Source: Nemertoderma westbladi
Taxonomy: Eukaryota; Animalia; Xenacoelomorpha
Length of the DNA stretch: 59,253 nucleotides
Assembly (NCBI GenBank): GCA_032718475.1
Contig: JAUCBJ010005025.1
Location: forward strand, 1 to 59,253
Direction: 5' to 3'
The position numbers were made by a program, and so were the translations under genes. This document shows, in pieces, positions 1 through 11,900 of this stretch. How positions within the stretch are numbered: position 1 is the first letter of the stretch; every line of letters starts with the position of its first letter. Below the pieces are notes generated by a model. It saw only the letters and a program-made list of their open reading frames with translations, made no database searches and was not told where the DNA came from.

Positions 1-318
1 GTACTTTGTTTGTGTAGTCTGTACGGGTAGCACAAAAATATATTACATAAGGGCATTCTAGAAAAAATTAAATTTCATGTGATGTGCTTTACATTTGTAT
101 TTTGACTTTGACTTTGACTCGGTAGTGTGAACGCGGCCTTAGTTATCAATTTTGATAAATATTTTTGTTCTAGAATACATATATATTTTCGCCCATGTGA
201 AGAATACCAGGATTTCGCTTTTCGGTCAACTTTTTATTTGAATTTTTATATATGAAGATTTTTATTTTTTTAGATGTATCTTTATTAAGTGTATTATAGC
301 GCTTATTTCTGTCTTATA

Positions 319-616
319 ATGCCCGTTTCCGCCCACCTTTTTTTGAGCTTTATTTCAAGCTTTTTTTTTAGTTAAAACAATTTCTAGAAATTAATTGCTT
401 CAAGTTGAATCTGAGAATTTTCGAATGCTAAAATCTAAAATATAGAATAAAGCTCATAAAAAAGCTTGAAAAAAGCTCAAAAAAAATCTGGGCGAATATC
501 ATAATTATCTAATTCTAGAACATTCATATTATATCTTCATTTTAACTGAAAGGCTTAACAAGCTTGAAAAAAGCTCAAAAAAAGCTTGAAAAAAGCTGCT
601 GCGCGGAAACGGGCAT
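319..616. mobile_element. Short MITE-like element with 14-bp terminal inverted repeats
   Basis: ATGCCCGTTTCCGC at 319-332 and its reverse complement GCGGAAACGGGCAT at 603-616. Internal TTTTGAGCTTT / AAAGCTCAAAA subterminal repeats in opposite orientations. TA-rich flanks. Confidence 0.6.
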
Positions 617-1248
617 ATAACCTGTACATACTGTATACTAATTCGTTTATTGTTTTGGTTAGATTCAGCCCTTCTGTAACCTGTGTTTTTAGTGAAAACC
701 TTTAATTCTTCACATGGGGTAAACTGCAAAGTGAAGCAGAAAGTCTGATATTCTTCACATGGACCTTTATTTTTTATACTAGCTAGTTATTTCGACTTTT
801 TTATAAATTTTATAGAACACGTGTTAGTTATCAATATTGATTAATATTTTTTTTCTAGAACACATTTTTTTCTAGAAAAGTTTTTGGAAAAAAATACCAT
901 CCTTCTGTGAAATATTCTGTGGTCAAACTATGGGTAGTACTGTGTAGTAATGCCCGTACTATGGAAAAATCTTCGATGGACGATATTTATGATGAAATAG
1001 GCCCAGATAAAAGTGAGAAGACTTACAATAAATAAAACGACGTAAGTGGTGGCAAATAGTAACATTTTTTGTCTTGCTTTCTTATTTGTCTCGCTACGCT
1101 CGCCAAATAATATCACTCGACAAAAAAGTCTATTTTTTTGCCACAACTTAAATAGTTATTACAATGCATGTAACCTAGGTTACATATGTATGCCTGCGCT
1201 AATTAAATAGTATCTAAATGGTTCCCACTACAGCTTCCATATAATCAA

Positions 1249-1590
1249 TTAATAAATATTTCCATAGAAAGGCGGTGGTCGAGCTTTATATACTGATATA
1301 ATAACTTTGCCTTCATTGCACACAATAAAAGACATTTGCGCATCTTCTGAATGTAGCATTACGACATCCGAAGGCAGAGGTGAAACAGCTGGAATCGTAT
1401 AGCCCCCGAACTCGTTGGGTGGGTCAATGGATGTTGGAACACGGAATGTTATTGGTGGCGGCTTTCCATTCTTCCATTTCCAGAGTTTATATTTGATGAT
1501 TTTACAATAATGCAGGAAAATCAAAACTCCAAGAGTGGCTATAATGGGACAAACAACAAGAGGTGCAAGAACATACCTCAAATCACTCAT
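1249..1590 (-). CDS. Small single-pass membrane protein with C-terminal PPxY motif, paralog 1 (113 aa)
   Basis: ATG start. Hydrophobic stretch VLAPLVVCPIIATLGVLIFLHY followed by a basic stretch. The ~70-aa tail (RVPTSIDPPNEFGGY...NEGKVII...KARPPPFY) is shared with the ORFs at 5665 and 43787, with synonymous codon differences. Confidence 0.75.
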   Translation of the reverse strand: MSDLRYVLAPLVVCPIIATLGVLIFLHYCKIIKYKLWKWKNGKPPPITFRVPTSIDPPNEFGGYTIPAVSPLPSDVVMLHSEDAQMSFIVCNEGKVIISVYKARPPPFYGNIY

Positions 1591-2119
1591 CGTATTTGTT
1601 TCGATATATCTCTATTACCATAGTTTCATTTCATTATCGTCTTCTATGCGTGATAAACATATATAGTAAGTCTCATTATTCTAAATGCTATGTTAATAAT
1701 ATTCTTACTCATTATTATAAATAAATATTGAATTTTATTCAACAATATTTCATTTTCAAACGATTTATAATCCACCAATAACTTGAGCTAAAAATGCAGT
1801 AAGTTGAGATGACATGGCTGTTTTGTGGGATAAAATAACGCATTACATAAAAAGCAATTAATTCTTATGATCACTTGATGTCTCTCTTAGTCGCCAAACA
1901 ACGCGAAAAATTTAATCTTTATAAATCGTAGTGGCAGAGGGGCAAAAGCCTAATTGTTTTCCATGTAATAAATTAATAATGTTTTTACAAGTTCAATATA
2001 ATTCTGGGGTTAAACTCATAAAGAAATATTCATTTAATTTTAGTACCATAACTTTTTTAACAACTAAATTTAAATATTTTGTTCGATAATAAATGAGACC
2101 AGTAATAATGCAAATAGAA

Positions 2120-2139
2120 TGTGTGTGTGTGTGTGTGTG
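2120..2139. repeat. (TG)10 microsatellite
   Basis: Pure TG dinucleotide run. Confidence 0.9.
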
Positions 2140-2743
2140 GGTTACCTAAAAGTTTCATAACAAATGGTGATGCCTACTGGGTTTAATTATTATAACGATT
2201 ACACTTCAATGTGAATGGCAGTCAAAAATGACACACCTAACAACATCGCCCAGAAACACAAGAATTACTCAGTGCCAGCCAGTGTTGGGCCAGTGTTGAG
2301 GTTGAGCGAGCAATGATATGTGGGACGCGGGTTGTTACAGAAAAAGGGCTGTCATATTGTAACGCAGGTTAACTGTGAGCGGTAAGGTATACACAACCGC
2401 CAATATACCAGCCGCACGATTTAATTAATAATAATAATTATTATTACTATATTATATTAATAACATTAACCTGCATAATTTATACTTTAGAGTCATCTTT
2501 AATTTATTGTATTTTAATTTAGATATTAATATAATCCAAATCACCTGACATATTATTCAATGGCGGCGCACTTTTTTTATACCCGATTTTTATAATTATC
2601 ACTTCAAATAACTAGACAAATAATATGCCACTCATAACTCAAAGCAAATTCGAATTAATATATATTTATTATTTAATGTATTTATTATTAGTCAATCAAG
2701 AAGTGAAAACCTTACTAGTTGTAAAACCAACACAAACTAAAAA

Positions 2744-3385
2744 GCACAGACCAGCCTTGTTCGCTTAGATGTGGTTGTGCACATACCTGTCCTGTTCACT
2801 TGGATGTGGTTGTGCACAGACTAGTCCTGTTCACTTGGATGTGGTTGTGCACAGACCAGTCCTGTTCACTTGGATGTGGTTGTGCACAGACCAGTCCTGT
2901 TCACTTGGATGTGGTTGTGCATAGACCAGCCCTTTTCACTTGGATGTTGTTGTGCACAGACCTGCCCTGTTCACTTGGATGTGGTTGTGCACAGACCAGC
3001 CCTGTTCACTTGGATGTTGTTGTGCACAGACCAGCCCTGTTCACTTGGATGTGGTTGTGCACAGACCAGCCCTGTTCACTTGGATGTGGTTGTGCACAGA
3101 CCAGCCCTGTTCACTAGGATATGGTTGTGCACAGACCAGCCCTGTTCACTTGGATGTGGTTGTGCACAAACCAGCCCTGTTCACTTGGATGTGGTTGTGC
3201 ACAGACCAGCCCTGTTCACTTGGATGTGGTTGTGCACAGACCAGCCCTGTTCACTTGGATGTGGTTGTGCACAGACCAGCCGTGTTCACTTGGATGTGGT
3301 TGTGAACAGACCAGCCCTGTTCACTTGGATGTGGTTGTGCACAGACCAGCCCCGTTCACTTGGATGTTGTTGTGCACAGACTAGC
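2744..3385. repeat. 35-bp minisatellite, ~18 copies
   Basis: Unit GCACAGACCAGCCCTGTTCACTTGGATGTGGTTGT in head-to-tail tandem with no spacers. It ends about 8 bp from the 3' tail of the adjacent RTE LINE. Confidence 0.95.
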
Positions 3386-3393
3386 ACCATCAA

Positions 3394-5042
3394 CTACTAG
3401 GATCGGCATGCTGCATTGCAGCTGCATTTTTAAGAATGCTGTGCCGGTTTATCGACAAAATTGAACCGCCACAACTCCCTATCACCCATGACATTTGCTA
3501 GATCATCCGCATCTTCAAGGCCAGTGTCCTTTAAGATGCGTCTCAAGAAAGTCATGGGCTGTCCACCACCATGCTTATTCACTCCATGAGGCTGCCAAAG
3601 TACAAGATTATTCACTGGCTGGTCCTCACGGCGAAAGCAATGTCCTGCAAAGCGGAGGCGATTTTGTTCTTGTGCCAATCTTGGGGGAACCAATGAGACA
3701 CCTCCAATGTTATATAGTGTCTGGTTGGGGATGTGTGCATTGTACTTGACACAATGAACCCGGCGTAGCATTCTTGTGAATGTGCCATCCAGAGATTTGG
3801 TGTCCTCAGCAATTAGAGCCCAGCATGGACTCCCATAGAGGAGTACTGGAAGTACTGCTGCTCTAAATAATCGGACCTTAAGTTTCCGATTAATTCTCGG
3901 TGACTTCCAAATCCTGGAAAGCCTATTCAAGGCTGCCCACGCCTTTCCCTTACGTATTAGAAGGTCCTCACCTGACTTTCGGATCCATGATCCCAGGTAA
4001 AAGAAGTCATCCACATGCTCAAGCATTCCATCTTTTGAGCTTTGCTCATCCGATCAGAGACTTGCTGAGGACTTTCAAAGTTAACTGTCAAAATTTTGGT
4101 CTTTCTGGAGTTAATAAAAAGACCAACACTAGAAGCAGCATGTTCTAATGAGCTGAGGAGCCGTTGGGCTCCCTCTAGTGATTCTGAGAGTACTCCTAAG
4201 TCATCAAGGACCCCCTTGGAAATAAGCTGCAAAGCTTTAGGGGTAATCCTATATGTTATGTTGGACAATACCTTTATACCGGTATATTGTTTGGTGTATT
4301 TGTTATTGTTTTTACATAATGTATAAATAAATCTATCTATCTATCTATCAGCAAAGTCTAGATCAGTTAGGTACTTGGCAGGAGTTCCTCGACTTCTGGA
4401 GCCAGTAGGTGGAGTTATCATCACCCCATCATCATTATGATGATCTAACGACATGCGTAGAACATAGTCAACAACAATTATGAACAAGAATGGTGCAAGT
4501 GTGTCTCCCTGGAGGACGCCCTATAATAGGGACCATCGTATACTAATCTGATTGCTGCAATAATTTCATCAGGAATCCCATATAATGAAAGTATGCTGAA
4601 CATACGTGAGCGAGAGACTGAATCAAAGGCCTTGAAGAAGTCAACAAAGATAACAGCCAGATGCCTGTCTTTCTTTTTTGATAATTCTTCAATTATCCTT
4701 CTAAGTGCCAAAATGGGCTCCATGGTACCACGACCTTTACAGAACCCATTCTGATTTCCACGGAGCAGTTTCTCAATGGGATCCCTGATGCGATTAAATA
4801 TAATTATATTGAATAGCTTTGCAGCAATCGAGATCAATGGGATTCCCCGAAAAGAACCATAGAGTGTTACGTTGCCCTTCTTGGGAACTGGCACCAACTT
4901 ATTTGTTTTCATTTCTTGTGGGACTCTTGTTGTTCGGTACATGTCTACTATGATGGGATAGATGAGCTTTAAACACTCAGGTATTTTAAAGACCTCAGGG
5001 GGAACACTATCTACTCCACTGGCACGATTGGTCTTAATGCTC
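3394..5042 (-). mobile_element. 5'-truncated, frameshifted RTE-clade LINE (RT domain and C-terminus)
   Basis: RT motifs PVPKKG..FRGIPLIS, QNGF.KGRGT, FVDFFKAFDSV, LTDLDFAD/D, FFYLGSWI and VLLYGSPCW, spread over broken ORFs 4478-4942, 3957-4268 and 3430-4026. The 3' end matches the copy at 57356-57628 and finishes in a TAG-repeat tail. Confidence 0.9.
4207..4346 (+). mobile_element. ~140-bp retroposed 3' end (LINE/SINE tail) inserted into the RTE RT
   Basis: Ends in AATAAA followed by (TCTA)n. Flanked by ATCA at 4203-4206 and 4347-4350. Splits the FADD codons of the host RT. Confidence 0.7.
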
Positions 5043-5664
5043 TTTCAAACATCACCATCAAACAAATGGTTGATGGTGTGTCCAACATAAATAAGCAGAA
5101 ACTTGGTTTGCGCAAGTTTGTGCTACTTTTCAATGGATAGTTAGATAGTTATGCCTATACGCACTGCTTCCTAGTTTTATAGTGCCTGTTACTTCTCCCT
5201 TTAGAACTTATTAAGTGTTTTGCGGATTTAGGGGCAAAAGGGTCTATCGCTGACAAGGAAAACACTCGGTGTTAGTTGAGTAACGCTTTGGACTCTTCAA
5301 TAAAATCAAACAATTATAACAATGATTACATGTACGTACCGGTATATACTGGTACCAGAATGTTGGGTCTACTATAAAATATCATTTACGGATGTCTTAT
5401 ACTTTGTACTGTTACAGGTGTACGATTTATTATGCTACAGGCAGACAGGTGTAGCCACGTGTCGCATTCAAATGAATAGGCATAGAGGCGCATCGGTGTG
5501 GATTCACACATGTGTGTGTTTAATGGTTGTATGTATTTCATCTTGTCGAAGTTGTTTTTTAGTTTGTGTTGTTTTACATACCTCCGGAACCGGTAAGATA
5601 TTTACTTTTTTCTTGACCAATAAATAAGCTTTTACTCAATCTCATACTAAAATTAATTATATAT

Positions 5665-6039
5665 TTAATTAATATATCCATAAAATGGAGGTGGGCGGGC
5701 TTTATTTACTGGTATAATAACTTTGCCTTCATTAAAAACAATAACTGATGTTTGTAAATCTTCACAAGTGGTTCTGACTACTTCCGATGGTAAAGGTGAA
5801 ACAGATGGTATATTGTAGCCTCCAAACTTATTGGGTGGGTCAATAGATGTTGGAACTCGAACGGTCAGTGGAGGCCCATCAGGAACCCTTCTTCGTTTCC
5901 ATGCCAACAATGCCATATATATAATTAGTATAAGTAAACCGCCTCCAATTGTTACAGCAGAAATAATGGCGATCGCTTGGGTTGATGGTGACGTCGTTGA
6001 TGATGAATATGAATATGAAAGTAAACGGTACAATGCCAT
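5665..6039 (-). CDS. Small single-pass membrane protein with C-terminal PPxY motif, paralog 2 (124 aa)
   Basis: Ser/Thr-rich N-terminus, TM-like AIAIISAVTIGGGLLILIIYMALLAW, then KRRR, then the conserved tail ending KARPPPFYGYIN. Confidence 0.8.
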   Translation of the reverse strand: MALYRLLSYSYSSSTTSPSTQAIAIISAVTIGGGLLILIIYMALLAWKRRRVPDGPPLTVRVPTSIDPPNKFGGYNIPSVSPLPSEVVRTTCEDLQTSVIVFNEGKVIIPVNKARPPPFYGYIN

Positions 6040-6702
6040 GGTTTAATCAATTTCAGTTTAAGTTGTATATTGATATGATATTAAAATAATTTACCGATCA
6101 GCCTATAGCAGCGCAACCGTAAATTAAATAGGAAATTTAAATCAACGTCGATAAATTATAATACTTAATATACCGCAGGCGAAATAATCCCTATATTATG
6201 TCTAATTGGGTGATCAAGCTTCTATTTATTACCCTCAAAGAATAATTGACCATAAGATATATTATGAATTTAATAAAATGCCTCCATCAGATAAGAATTA
6301 CTGTTGCTTGCATATAACATAATATTTAGTCATAAATAGAAACCTCGAAAGCAAAAACAACACATCCCTTTTATGGAAATTTTCATTCACCGCCAGGCCT
6401 TTAATTTTTGTCTCACACCAATAGTTATTTGTTTCATAAGTCTTTCCTATAGATATAGACTGACCCTGAAAACCAAGGTCGCGGAAATCGTGTCTAACGA
6501 AATCGTGTGTGACTCGACCACACACGATTTCTATTTGGTTGGTAAATTCAAAATTAGTAAATTTGGTCCTGCGAATACGACTACTTTTCATGAATATTAA
6601 GAATTTGAAAATGAAATAAAAATGAAATTAGTAAATACTTATTTTAAAATAGTTCCCCCATAATTAACTAAATATTCGTAAAATGTCACCGCTTGGTTAC
6701 AA

Positions 6703-6987
6703 AACTGTAACGGTGGTGCTAATGAATGGTCTCAGTAACCCAGTACTAATAGTTTTATGAACTGTAACGGTGGTGCTAATGAATGGTCTCAGTAACCCAG
6801 TACTAATAGTATTATGAACTGTAACGGTGGTGCTAATGAATGGTCTCAGTAACCCAGTACTAATAGTTTTATGAACTGTAACGGTGGTGCTAATGAATGG
6901 TCTCAGTAACCCAGTACTAATAGTATTATGAACTGTAACGGTGGTGCTAATGAATGGTCTCAGTAACCCAGTACTAATAGTTTTATG
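6703..6987. repeat. 57-bp minisatellite, exactly 5 copies with alternating variants
   Basis: Unit AACTGTAACGGTGGTGCTAATGAATGGTCTCAGTAACCCAGTACTAATAGT(T/A)TTATG. 285 bp = 5 x 57. Confidence 0.95.
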
Positions 6988-8112
6988 GTGTATGATGTGA
7001 AAATTATACCCAATTACATTCAATAAAGTAATGTGAAATGCGTTACAGATTATAAACTCATAGTATATAAAATTATATGATATAATATTACCATATTATA
7101 CACAAAGGAATTCATGTCATTAATAAAATATACGTAAAATATTATATGTTTCGTTTTATTAATTAGATTAATTCTGTTTCGTTAAGTAAGATAACTATTA
7201 TAGTATCCACAACACATTCACGCCCGATTTATTATTTGATTATAATAAATGATAATAAAGGGAAATGCGATCTTCATACAAAACCATAGCATAATATCAT
7301 TTCCGGCTAAACACTATCCCGATCACGGAAAGGGAATGGAAAGATGGCTTAGCATAACAACACGAACTCTAGTCTCCGCGTAACAACGCCCAAATTAAAA
7401 TGTGTTGTTAGCAAAGTTTTGCTCGGTAATTCACCCACCACATGATGGGCGTGGTGGTTACAATTACCTCTATTATTGAATGTTATATAAGAATATTTTA
7501 ATACATACTAATAAATAGTTATAAGTTAATAAGTTAATGACATTATGGATGGTTTAAATAATACATTTTGTTACATGGAAAAAAGTTTAACTTTTTTCAC
7601 CATTTTCTTTACCGAGCCCTAGCGAGATTAATAGAGGGTCGAGATAATATTAGAGCCGCTTAACTACATAAACCAGAATGGATATTGAGTTCCGTTTCGG
7701 AGTTCGCCTTGCAGACACTAAAGTTGCACTAACATTTGAGTGTGTGCATGAATTTTGCTTAAGTTACTGGCCAACCATTTCAACTGCGATGTTCTTTCAA
7801 AATAAAATTTAGGAAATTCCACCAAACTTTATATTTTACATTTTTCGCCGGGAAGTAAGTAAAATCGGTGCAATACATAATTATTGCATAATTTCAAAAT
7901 TGAATAGTGTGTTTGTGTACTATGTAGCCAACAGTACGTATTTGTGTCTAACTTAAATTCGAATCCATCAATTTCAAACAATTAACACATTTGTTGATAA
8001 TAACTATACTATACTGAGATTGATGGATTGGTGGATTTCCGTAACTTGTCAATCTATTTATTGCAAATACTTTCAAAGAAACCTAAATGTCGATCTTAAT
8101 ATATTATTAGTA

Positions 8113-8175
8113 GGAAATGTGAGTCATGAAATGTGAGTCAGGAAATGTGAGTCAGGAAATGTGAGTCAGGAAATG
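8113..8175. repeat. 14-bp tandem repeat GGAAATGTGAGTCA (4+ copies) containing AP-1-like TGAGTCA
   Basis: Four TGAGTCA heptamers at 14-bp spacing, followed by GGAAAT(T)TCC palindromes at about 8179, 8201, 8231 and 8408. Confidence 0.8.
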
Positions 8176-8995
8176 TTTGGAAATTCCTATACATTTTTCC
8201 GGAAATTTCCTATACATTTTCGGATTTCCCGGAAATTTCCTATTTAATTAATTATTTTATTTAGCACATTCTGAAAACATATAGTAAAACACAAGTAGAG
8301 TAAACACTAGAAACAAGGGATTCCTGCATAGATGTGTTTAGGTGGTTCGTTGTCTTTTCTCTTGTGGTCGTAACTACGGGCGAAATATACTTTTACTGAA
8401 ATTTTCGGAAATTTCCTTGAAAAACACATTTCAGGAAAACTCTCATCCCTATATATTATATATTAGACGTGGAAATTAGATATTTGAAGCATGTTCCTGT
8501 TTATATCAGGATAAAAACATCTAATCAAAAATACAAGAATCGTAAGTGAAAAAAAAATAATTTCATAAGTTACAGAAATATTTTCGTTTTTCACACTAAC
8601 TTTTTGTTTTAGTTTTCATATATTTTTGGCAAAATAATAAATTCAAAATTGCCATGCTCGGTTTCAGTTCGGTTCCGGTTCGATTCCTCTATAGTTTAGG
8701 TGATCGGGCCCTACAGTTGTGGGATCGTGGTGGGGGACCCCCTGCGGTGGGGGGCCTGGGGGGGCCTCGGACCATTCGCCCCCCCCCCTCCCCAAAAAAC
8801 ATACGGCCCTGCATTTTTGTACGGATATGTTGCGCGTTATAAATCAGGTGTCAAAAAGCTAATTTATTGGATTGTATTATTTATACGAGGAACAGTTTTA
8901 CTCAGTTTTACATTCTTTAGTAGCCAATTATATGTGATATGATTCAGCTCATCTTCATGAGATCATTTTGAATCATCCTCAGATGCTCAGGAACA

Positions 8996-11900
8996 ATACT
9001 GTATTAATAGTTCAGTAATATTGAATTATTAATAGTTTGATAATACTGAATTAATTTAATTAATAGTTCGGTAATACTGATTTAATAGTTCGGTAAATTA
9101 ATAGTTCAGTAATACTAAATTAATAGTTCAGTTATATCGAATTAATAGTTCAGTAATACTGAATTAATAGTTCACTAATACTTAATTAATAGTTCAGTAA
9201 TACTGAATTAATAGTTCAGTAATACTGAATTAATAGTTCAGTAATACTAAATTAATAGTTCAGTAATATTGAATTAATAGTTCAGTAATACTGAATTAAT
9301 AGTTCACTAATACTGAATTAATAGTTCAGTAATACTGAATTAATAGTTCAGTAATACTGAATTAATAGTTCAGTAATACTGAATTAATAGTTCACTAATA
9401 CTGAATTAATAGTTCACTAATACTGAATTAATAGTTCAGTAATACTAAATTAATAGTTCAGTAATACTGAATTAATAGTTCACTAATACTGAATTAATAG
9501 TTCGGTAATACTGAATTAATAGTTCGGTAATACTGATTTAATAGTTCGGTAAATTAATAGTTCAGTAATACTGAATTAATAGTTCGGTAATACTGAATTA
9601 ATAGTTCAGTAATACTGAATTAATAGTTCAGTAATACTGAATTAACAGTTCGATAATACTGATTTAATAGTTCAGTAATACTGAATTAATAGTTCAGTAA
9701 TACTGAATTAATAGTTCAGTAATACTGAATTAATAGTTCGGTAATACTGAATTAATAGTTCAGTAATACTGAATTAATAGTTCAGTAATACTGAATTAAT
9801 AGTTCGGTAATACTGAATTAATAGTTCAGTAATACTGAATTAATAGTTCAGTAATACTGAATTAATAGTTCAGTAATACTGAATTATTAGTTCAGTAATA
9901 CTAAATTAATAGTTCAGTAATACTGAATTAATAGTTCAGTAATACTGAATTAATAGTTCAGTAATACTGAATTAATAGTTCAGTAATACTGAATTAATAG
10001 TTCAGTAATACTGAATTAATAGTCAGTAATACTAAATTAATAGTTCAGTAATACTGAATTAATAGTTCAGTAATACTGAATTAATAGTTTAGTAATACTG
10101 AATTAATAGTTCGGTAATACTGAATTAATAGTTCGGTAATACTGAATTAATAGTTCGGTAATACTGATTTAATAGTTCGGTAAATTAATAGTTCAGTAAT
10201 ACTGAATTAATAGTTCAGTAATACTGAATTAATAGTTCAGTAATACTGAATTAATAGTTCAGTAATACTGCATTAATAGTTTAGTAATACTGAATTAATA
10301 GTTCAGTAATACTGAATTAATAGTTCAGTAATACTGAATTAATAGTTCAGTAATACTGAATTAATAGTTCCGTAATACTGAATTAATAGTTCAGTAATAC
10401 TGAATTAATAGTTCAGTAATACTGAATTAACAGTTCGATAATACTGATTTAATAGTTCAGTAATACTGAATTAATAGTTCAGTAATACTGAATTAATAGT
10501 TCAGTAATACTGAATTAATAGTTCGGTAATACTGAATTAATAGTTCAGTAATACTGAATTAATAGTTCAGTAATACTGAATTAATAGTTCGGTAATACTG
10601 AATTAATAGTTCAGTAATACTGAATTAATAGTTCAGTAATACTGAATTAATAGTTCAGTAATACTGAATTAATAGTTCAGTAATACTAAATTAATAGTTC
10701 AGTAATACTGAATTAATAGTTCAGTAATACTGAATTAATAGTTCAGTAATACTGAATTAATAGTTTGGTAATATTGATTTAATAGTTCAGTAATACTGAA
10801 TTAATAGTTCAGTAATACTGAATTAATAGTTCAGTAATACTGAATTAATAGTTCAGTAATACTGAATTAATAGTTCAGTAATACTGAATTAATAGTTCAG
10901 TAATACTGAATTAATAGTTCAGTAATACTGACTTAATAGTTCAGTAATACTGAATTAATAGTTTGGTAATACTGAATTAATAGTTCAAATACTGAATTAA
11001 TAGTTCAGTAATACTGAATTAATAGTTCAGTAATACTGAATTAATAGTTCAGTAATACTGAATTAATAGTTCAAATACTGAATTAATAGTTCGGTAATAC
11101 TGAATTAATAGTTCAGTAATACTGAATTAATAGTTCAGTAATACTGAATTAATAGTTCAGTAATACTAAATTAATAGTTCAGTAATATTGAATTAATAGT
11201 TCAGTAATACTGAATTAATAGTTCACTAATACTGAATTAATAGTTCAGTAATACTAAATTAATAGTTCAGTAATACTGAATTAATAGTTCACTAATACTG
11301 AATTAATAGTTCAGTAAATACTAAATTAATAGTTCAGTAATACTGAATTAATAGTTCACTAGTACTGAATTAATAGTTCAGTAATACTAAATTAATAGTT
11401 CAGTAATACTGAATTAATAGTTCACTAATACTGAATTAATAGTTCAGTAATACTGAATTAATAGTTCACTAATACTGAATTAATAGTTCAGTAATACTGA
11501 ATTAATAGTTCGGTAATACTGAATTAATAGTTCAGTAATACTGAATTAATAGTTCAGTATACTGAATTAATAGTTCAGTAATACTGAATTAATAGTTTAG
11601 TAATACTGAATTAATAGTTCGGTAATACTGAATTAATAGTTCGGTAATACTGATTTAATAGTTCGGTAAATTAATAGTTTAGTAATACTGAATTAATAGT
11701 TCAGTAATACTGAATTAATAGTTCAGTAATACTGAATTAATAGTTCAGTATACTGAATTAATAGTTTAGTAATACTGAATTAATAGTTCGGTAATACTGA
11801 ATTAATAGTTCGGTAATACTGATTTAATAGTTCGGTAAATTAATAGTTCAGTAATACTGAATTAATAGTTCACTAATACTGAATTAATAGTTCAGTAATA

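Noticed and set aside
121-142. TAGTGTGAACGCGGCC-TTA, resembling a PIF/Harbinger MITE end
   Set aside because: The partner terminus is not in the window, so it cannot be confirmed.
928-1146. Hydrophobic 72-aa ORF downstream of paralog 1
   Set aside because: No paralog or motif. Hydrophobic ORFs arise easily by chance in T-rich DNA.
2800-3400. Four overlapping Cys/Trp-rich ORFs and a superficially CRISPR-like 35-bp repeat
   Set aside because: The ORFs are translations of a stop-free 35-bp minisatellite in all three frames. There are no unique spacers or cas genes.
6697-7023. 108-aa ORF with 19-aa repeats
   Set aside because: Translation of the 57-bp minisatellite, with no other coding evidence.
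8654-8942. Gly/Pro-rich ORFs over G/C runs ending TACGGCCCTG
   Set aside because: Looks like one end of a non-autonomous DNA element. No matching terminus or protein motif.
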